Source of the DNA: Candidatus Cloacimonadales bacterium
Lineage (GTDB): Bacteria > Cloacimonadota > Cloacimonadia > Cloacimonadales > JAFGVF01
Direction: 5' to 3'
Length of the DNA stretch: 64,000 nucleotides
Assembly: GCA_963677495.2 (NCBI GenBank)
Contig: CAXXOU010000004.1
Location: 32,001-96,000 of the forward strand
Part shown: in pieces, positions 58,010-64,000 of the stretch
How positions within the stretch are numbered: position 1 is the stretch's first letter
How the letters are laid out: each line of letters begins with the position of its first letter
Notes under the pieces: generated by a model
Told to the model about the DNA's origin: nothing
Database searches by the model: none
Seen by the model: the letters and a program-made list of their open reading frames with translations, nothing else
Position numbers and translations under genes: made by a program

Positions 58010-59410
58010 ATGTATATAGAAGAAAAAGATCCATTAGTACGGGCTAAACTGGAAAAGTGGCAAGACTTGAAGTTTGGTTTAATGATGCACTGGGGTGCAT
58101 ACAGCGTTTGGGGTATTGTGGAGTCATGGTCGATTTGTCCCGAAGAGTATGAATGGTGCGAGCGGAAACATGGCTCGAATCCCAATGACTACAACACTTA
58201 TGTTCGAGATTATGAACAGCTACCAAAAGTCTTTAATCCAACTAAGTTCAATCCACAAAAATGGGCAGAGACAGCTAAGAAAGCCGGTATGAAATATGTT
58301 GTCTTTACAACTAAACATCATGATGGGTTCTGCATGTATGACTCTAATTTTACTGATTACAAAATCACTAATCCTAAATATCCTTTTAGTGACGATAAGA
58401 ATGCGGATATTAGCTTAGCTGTTTTTAATGCTTTTAGGGATGCCGGAATGTGGGCTGGTGTTTATTTCTCTAAACCTGATTGGCATAGTCCCCACTATTG
58501 GGATCCTAAGTATCCACCTAAAAACAGGAATGTTAACTATAATCCCGAATCTAATCCTGAGAAATGGCAAAAGTTTGTTGATTTTACTCATAATCAGATT
58601 TTAGAACTTATGAGTGGATATGGAAATATAGACATTCTTTGGCTTGATGGCGGTTGGGTAAGGAAGAAGAGTAATCAGGAGATACAGGAGTATTACAGTA
58701 ATATTCTTAACAATCCCGGTGATAACTACATTATTGAACACATGATTAATCAAGATATCAAGATGGATGATTTAGTGGAGAAAGCAAGAGTCAAACAACC
58801 GGGACTCATTGTAGTTGATAGAGAGGTTAAGGGTAAGAACCAAAATTATCTAACCCCGGAGAACACGGTTCCGGAAAAGGAACTACCCTATCCTTGGGAA
58901 TCATGCATCATTGCAGGTGGTGGTTGGTCCTATTCAGAAGATGCGAAGTATATGAGTGGTCGAGAAGCTATTCATCTGCTTATTGATATTGTCGCTAAAG
59001 GTGGGAATCTACTTCTAAACATTGCTCCATCACCGGAAGGGGAGTGGCAGGAAGGTGCATATAAACTTCTAGGTGAGTATGCAGACTGGTTAGCTGTTAA
59101 TGGTGAAGGCATATATGAAACCAGAGCTCTAGCTCCGTATAAGGAGAACAACATCTGTATGACACAAAAGAAGGATGGGACAAAGTATTTCTTCTATCTT
59201 GCTGATGAAGAAGAGGAACTTCCATCTGAGATTGTAATCAAGTCACATTGTCCAGAAGCAGGTTCTAAAGTCTATATGCTAGGGTATGATGCTGCTTTGA
59301 AATGGTACAAGTTAGATAAGGGTTTCAAAGTAATAATATCTGATAGTATAAGAAAGAATCCACCATGTAAATATGCCTGGGGAATAAAGATGTACACCGA
59401 TCACCCCTGA
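58010..59410 (+). CDS. Alpha-L-fucosidase (GH29)
   Basis: KFGLMMHWG, TTKHHDGF, ILWLDGG, GGNLLLNI, NGEGIY. Confidence 0.92.
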   Translation: MYIEEKDPLVRAKLEKWQDLKFGLMMHWGAYSVWGIVESWSICPEEYEWCERKHGSNPNDYNTYVRDYEQLPKVFNPTKFNPQKWAETAKKAGMKYVVFTTKHHDGFCMYDSNFTDYKITNPKYPFSDDKNADISLAVFNAFRDAGMWAGVYFSKPDWHSPHYWDPKYPPKNRNVNYNPESNPEKWQKFVDFTHNQILELMSGYGNIDILWLDGGWVRKKSNQEIQEYYSNILNNPGDNYIIEHMINQDIKMDDLVEKARVKQPGLIVVDREVKGKNQNYLTPENTVPEKELPYPWESCIIAGGGWSYSEDAKYMSGREAIHLLIDIVAKGGNLLLNIAPSPEGEWQEGAYKLLGEYADWLAVNGEGIYETRALAPYKENNICMTQKKDGTKYFFYLADEEEELPSEIVIKSHCPEAGSKVYMLGYDAALKWYKLDKGFKVIISDSIRKNPPCKYAWGIKMYTDHP

Positions 59411-59467
59411 TCGGTCTTAACATAGTGCAATTGTCCCCTCATGCAGATAGCTCAATAAGAGCTATGA

Positions 59468-59512
59468 ATTCCCCTCTTACAGAGAGGTGCCCTTTTAACG
59501 GTGGGGTGTTTT
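59468..59512. repeat. ATTCCCCTC-type REP-like unit, copy of 35275-35318
   Basis: ATTCCCCTCT..AGAG.GGTG..TTTTAACGGTGG.GTGTTTT at both loci. Confidence 0.75.
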
Positions 59513-59640
59513 ACTAGCGTTAGATTTTTACAGGACATTCATCAGCTTTAACTATGTTATAGCATATTACATTCAGTGTTAGTTGACTCCTACGTCACAG
59601 CAATTCAGGAGAATCAGTACAATGGAAATCTGAAGTATAA

Positions 59641-59740
59641 CCACGCATTTTCCACGGGTAAACCACGCCTAAACCACGGGAGCTGTGGTCAACCCGTGGA
59701 TTACCCGTGGTAAGGTTTGCCATTTGTATGTCGGATTGAT
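59641..59740. repeat. 11-bp-phased palindromic array, core CCACG/CGTGG
   Basis: CCACG 59641, 59652, 59663, 59674; TGTGG 59684; CGTGG 59695, 59706. Confidence 0.85.
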
Positions 59741-59816
59741 GCTGGCTTATTTCGATTTGAAATGCAGTGATATTCTACACTATTTATTCAATAATTCCAG
59801 TCACAATTGCTAGAAA

Positions 59817-60662
59817 CTATTTAAACTTATACTTTACAAGGAAAGTATGTTTCCTATCCTTCATCTCACTCATTGTGTAATATGATTGGTGATTAGGTCC
59901 CCACATTATTGCTTCTCCTTGGGGTTCGGATTCATATGGCAGAATTGCATTAGGTGTACGTGAACACATCTCTCCAATTGATTCACCGGGTTTACGTTTC
60001 CAGTAAAAAACATCTATATAGGTTCTGATCAAGAGGTGCTGACTATCTTCTGAAAGGTCTCCTCCTGTAGCGATGGCAATTGGTAGTGTCCCAACTAGTT
60101 TTGCTTTAACTCTTTCGGGTCCTAAGGAAGAAATGTTCTCCAGCTCAAATACTTTAGAAAAGTCACCCCATTTAGTTACAATGTAAAGATTGTCTGTTGA
60201 GGTGTCATAGAAGAGTGTCTCAGCATCATAACTGTTCTTATCCATCGAGAAACTTAATGTCCTTATACTATCTAACTGTACATAGTTTCGATCCGGTGTT
60301 GGAAGTGTGACATATACGAGATAAGCTTTATAGTCCTTCTTAAAGAACTTATTGTTTCCGATGTCCCCTACTAAAAGAAAACCTCTATCATCACCGATAG
60401 AAGCAGCTGTCATATCTTCCCAATCCCGATTCTTAAACTGACGTGGTAGCCCAATGGATTGTCTGATATTACCATTGTAATCAAGAACCTGAATCTCATT
60501 TGCGTTACCGGAATCATTGATTGCAAAGAGGAGAGAATCACAATTAGAAAATGTGTCAATACCGGAAACTTCCGTGACTCTGTCGGATCTATATTCAATC
60601 TTACTTTGAGCCCACGAATAGGTGAGAGTCATTAGCATTAGGAATGTTATAATTTTATTCAT
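59817..60662 (-). CDS. Exported hypothetical protein, probable beta-propeller
   Basis: Signal peptide; EVSG, NDSG, DWED, GDIGNN, DAE, TGGD, QGEAI motifs. Confidence 0.65.
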   Translation of the reverse strand: MNKIITFLMLMTLTYSWAQSKIEYRSDRVTEVSGIDTFSNCDSLLFAINDSGNANEIQVLDYNGNIRQSIGLPRQFKNRDWEDMTAASIGDDRGFLLVGDIGNNKFFKKDYKAYLVYVTLPTPDRNYVQLDSIRTLSFSMDKNSYDAETLFYDTSTDNLYIVTKWGDFSKVFELENISSLGPERVKAKLVGTLPIAIATGGDLSEDSQHLLIRTYIDVFYWKRKPGESIGEMCSRTPNAILPYESEPQGEAIMWGPNHQSYYTMSEMKDRKHTFLVKYKFK

Positions 60663-60704
60663 GATTATAGAGTAATCCTATTAGGAAGATTCCAAACAAT
60701 TAGT

Positions 60705-61331
60705 TCAACCCAATAAGATCTCTTCTCCCGGTTTACTGACACTAAGCATCTGGAAGTTTGATGAAAGTTTCGGCATAAAAAGATGTTTTAGTTCGTCATA
60801 TCTATGTTCACGTGACATCCAAAGATCTGCTTCTTCATCAGTTATAATAACCGGCATACGGTGATGAACTTGGGATACTAAAGAATTTGCTTGTGTTGTA
60901 ATAATGATGCAAGTATCAAGCTGAGTACCATCCGGAGAGTGCCAGCTATCATGCAAACCTGCAAGGTAGAATGGTTTCTTATCCTTACGTCTGAAATAGA
61001 AAGGTTGCCCCTTACGCCATTCGTAGAAGCCGTCAGCAGGGATAAGCGAACGTTTATACTTCAAACTTGTTTTGAAACTGGGTTTTTGGTGAAGTGTTTC
61101 AGACCGTGCATTTATCATTTTTTGTCCGATTTTAGGATCCTTTGCCCAATATGGTATAAGTCCCCATAACCTAGCTGTAAGAATAAGTTTATCAGCTTCT
61201 CTTGTAAGTTGTGGAATAGCCATTCCGGGGGATATATTATAGTGAGGTTGGAACCCTTTCAGTTCATCAATATAGATGAAGCGAGACATAATGTCAGTTG
61301 GAGCTGTGAATAGAGCAAATCTTCCACACAT
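60705..61331 (-). CDS. SRAP domain abasic-site protection protein (YedK/HMCES family)
   Basis: N-terminal MCGRF, INARSET, GFYEW, HHRMPV. Confidence 0.92.
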   Translation of the reverse strand: MCGRFALFTAPTDIMSRFIYIDELKGFQPHYNISPGMAIPQLTREADKLILTARLWGLIPYWAKDPKIGQKMINARSETLHQKPSFKTSLKYKRSLIPADGFYEWRKGQPFYFRRKDKKPFYLAGLHDSWHSPDGTQLDTCIIITTQANSLVSQVHHRMPVIITDEEADLWMSREHRYDELKHLFMPKLSSNFQMLSVSKPGEEILLG

Positions 61332-61340
61332 AATATTCTC

Positions 61341-63332
61341 CTATAATGTTAACTTTTGTCCGGGATGTATAATCACAACACCATTACGTTTCTTAAGGTT
61401 ATTCTTAGAAATAATGCTTGATTCGCTAAGACCATATCTCTTTGCAATTGAGTTTATTGACTCACCCGGTTTTACAATGTGGGTGGACGCTGAGCCTTTA
61501 GCTTTCGAAAGAATGATTTTCTGTCCCGGATGCACAACATCATTCTTAAGGTTGTTTAATCTTTTAAGCTCTGCAACCGGGATAAGGTAACGGTCAGCAA
61601 CATGGGATAGTGTTTCTCCACGCTTAATTACATGATAGTTGTCACCACTTTTAGTTACTCCTGTTTTAACACTGGTTGAGGTGCCTAAATAGATCTTCTG
61701 ACCGGGGAATATATTAGTTCCTGATATCCCATTAATAGCTTTAATTTTACGAACCGGGATTATATATTTATCCGCAATATGAGATAGGGTTTCACCTTTT
61801 TTCACAATGTGATAATCAGTACCTTTATCTGATGGTGAAGATCCGGAACTGGTACTAAGCATAAGCTTTTGTCCCGGGTAAATCATATTGTTCTTCATAT
61901 TGTTTATTGCTTTGAGCCGTGATACAGAGATACGGTATTTGTCTGCAATATGCGAGAGAGTTTCTCCTCTGCGTACTGTATGATAACCGGAACCGTCAAT
62001 ATCCCCATATGAACCACTATATAACTTAAGCTTTTGTCCCACACGAATTGTGTTTCTACTAAGTCGGTTAAGAGATTTCAGACTAGCAACAGATGTATTA
62101 TATTTTCTTGCGATATCATAGAGTGTATCACCGCGTTTAACGATGTGATAAGTGTAATATCCGGCATTTGCTTTACCGAACTTACTATTGATTTTAGCAA
62201 GTTTAACATCATCTTTGACCGCTTCTGATGATACTAAAACATCATATTCTCCCGGTGGAAGTACAACGTCATTTATCGCAGTATAACGTTTTCTTTTTCT
62301 CTTAGAGATTTTTATCCAGGGATTATCTTCCCAAAGTACACCCACTGATGTTCCTTGAGCTTTTGCCCAGTCATCAAGCTTATAATGACCTTTAAGCTTT
62401 AGATGCTCAACTCTGTGTGATTCATATATTGGTTTCTCTTTGATGAACTTCTTACCAAATAGTTTCTCTTCGTTTTGGAAGATAATCTTAAGAGCGATTG
62501 CACGCCAAACATAGTCATCAGTTTCTTCTACTCTCAGGATAAGGTCGAAGAAATCAGTAGAACCTTGTTCACGCATAACTCTGGCAATACTACCCGGTCC
62601 TGCATTATAAGCTGCCATTGCTAAAAGCCAGTCATTTGCACCTTTACCTTGAAGGTACTTATAGTTCTGGATTAGGAACTTAGCAGCTGCATCAGTAGCT
62701 TTGAAAAGGTCTCTTCGCTCATCTACGAAAGAGTTAATTTTCAAACCGAGACTTTTGCCTGTTTTTGGCATAATCTGCCACATTCCAACAGCACCGACTG
62801 ATGAATTGGCAAGATTACTAAGGTGACTTTCTGCTACGGCTAAGTATTTAGCATCAAGTGGTATGCTATACTCTGTGAAGACAGAATCAAAAACAGGGAA
62901 ATACTTTCCTGAACGAGGGATAACTTTGTAAGCATACTTGGTTTCACGTTTGAATATCTTTTCAAACTTAGCTCTGGTTCTTTCACTGGTAAGGTCAACT
63001 AATCTTCCAGCGAAAGTGATTGTATCTGGAATCACAAATTCATTACTTGCAACAACCTGGCTTTTAGCATCTTCAAGTGAGTTGTTAAGGATTTCCAATT
63101 CGTAATAGAGTGAATCAATTGTAGTGTATAATGTATCTATAACAGAGTAGAGCGAATCAACTTCTATTTCTCTGGCATTAAGCTCAATTATTAGCTCGTT
63201 GTTATTCAGTTCTGAGTAGTTGATTTCAGGTTTTGTATTCTTTTGCTCAATATTATCTAACTTATCAGTCTTAAAAACTGCACATCCATTTATTATGATT
63301 ATTGCCAATAAGGCTAAAACTTTGTAATTCAT
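61341..63332 (-). CDS. mltD: MltD-like lytic transglycosylase lipoprotein with five LysM domains
   Basis: AVAES, GAVGMWQIM, DERRD, AAYNAG; five HxV/IKxG(E/D)T/S LysM repeats. Confidence 0.88.
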   Translation of the reverse strand: MNYKVLALLAIIIINGCAVFKTDKLDNIEQKNTKPEINYSELNNNELIIELNAREIEVDSLYSVIDTLYTTIDSLYYELEILNNSLEDAKSQVVASNEFVIPDTITFAGRLVDLTSERTRAKFEKIFKRETKYAYKVIPRSGKYFPVFDSVFTEYSIPLDAKYLAVAESHLSNLANSSVGAVGMWQIMPKTGKSLGLKINSFVDERRDLFKATDAAAKFLIQNYKYLQGKGANDWLLAMAAYNAGPGSIARVMREQGSTDFFDLILRVEETDDYVWRAIALKIIFQNEEKLFGKKFIKEKPIYESHRVEHLKLKGHYKLDDWAKAQGTSVGVLWEDNPWIKISKRKRKRYTAINDVVLPPGEYDVLVSSEAVKDDVKLAKINSKFGKANAGYYTYHIVKRGDTLYDIARKYNTSVASLKSLNRLSRNTIRVGQKLKLYSGSYGDIDGSGYHTVRRGETLSHIADKYRISVSRLKAINNMKNNMIYPGQKLMLSTSSGSSPSDKGTDYHIVKKGETLSHIADKYIIPVRKIKAINGISGTNIFPGQKIYLGTSTSVKTGVTKSGDNYHVIKRGETLSHVADRYLIPVAELKRLNNLKNDVVHPGQKIILSKAKGSASTHIVKPGESINSIAKRYGLSESSIISKNNLKKRNGVVIIHPGQKLTL

Positions 63333-63510
63333 TTAGTACCACCTGCTATACAGGAAATTAGCTGATAGATTGAAGTCAAGTATTAAAGAAAAGATATGCT
63401 ATTATTAAACATCCCTACAAAGAAGATGAACCGCTTTCAATTATTATCTTGACAAGTCACGAATCAAGGTTTACTACTTGTACCTAATTTCATGTAAAAA
63501 GGAGGCTTAT

Positions 63511-64000
63511 ATGAAAAAGAGTTTATTTTTTTTGTTTCTATTTGTTGCACTTTTTTTGTCAGCTCAGTGGACTGACGATCTTTCTATGAATACAGTGATT
63601 GCTTCTGACTCTCAAGATCAGGAGTTTAATGACTATCTGGATATGCCTGCAGATTATACTGTCGTTGAGATTCCCGCAGGTACAGTTATTGTCTGGGATG
63701 ATGAAAATGGTAATGGTTATGACATAAGAGCACAACTTATTGATGAGATGGGCTACTTTCAATGGGGTGCTAACGGTGTGGCTGTTTGTGTTGATGCCGG
63801 AGATCAGAAGCTACCTTCTGTTGTTGCTGACGGTGATGATGGAGTCTTAGTATTTTGGCAAGATGAAGGTGGCTTAGATAGAGATATTTATGCACAAAAG
63901 ATTAACAGTAGTGGTGCCTTAGTCTGGGGGAGCAAACTGGCTATCGATAGCTCAGTAGGTAATCAGATATATCCGGTTGCTTGCTCAGATGGAGCAGGTG
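63511..64000 (+). CDS. Secreted repeat protein, 3'-truncated (absent from the ORF track)
   Basis: GGAGG RBS; MKKSLFFLFLFVALFLSAQW signal; repeats VWDD..DIRAQ and FWQD..DIYAQKI; frame open to the window end. Confidence 0.75.
   Translation, partial: MKKSLFFLFLFVALFLSAQWTDDLSMNTVIASDSQDQEFNDYLDMPADYTVVEIPAGTVIVWDDENGNGYDIRAQLIDEMGYFQWGANGVAVCVDAGDQKLPSVVADGDDGVLVFWQDEGGLDRDIYAQKINSSGALVWGSKLAIDSSVGNQIYPVACSDGAG

Overview
AT-rich bacterial chromosomal segment, most likely from the FCB superphylum. Cloacimonadota-like origin is an inference from the secreted proteins ending in a YPNPFNP FlgD/Por-type sorting domain, the PEGA proteins and the GldAFG cluster. About 50 CDS: envelope and housekeeping genes (cls, ruvX, mltG, amtB, aroC, aroD-aroE, miaA, mutL, tatD, mltD), two export operons, PEGA modular proteins, a tandem deoxynucleoside kinase, ferritin-like and molybdo-oxidoreductase genes, a radical SAM enzyme, an M6 protease and a GH29 fucosidase. 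No rRNA, tRNA, CRISPR array, transposase or reverse transcriptase was found. The most unusual signal is intergenic: at least six mirror-symmetric arrays in which a 5-6 bp core repeats every 11 bp and flips orientation at a central axis. Five different cores occur (CACTG twice, CGGGA, CCACG, CCTATA, AGTAAG), yet several arrays share related inverted-repeat flanks. Two arrays lie directly upstream of an orphan 150-aa protein (26745-27197). Intergenic regions also carry several distinct REP-like palindrome families stacked into mosaics. All family assignments come from motif recognition by eye, not database searches.
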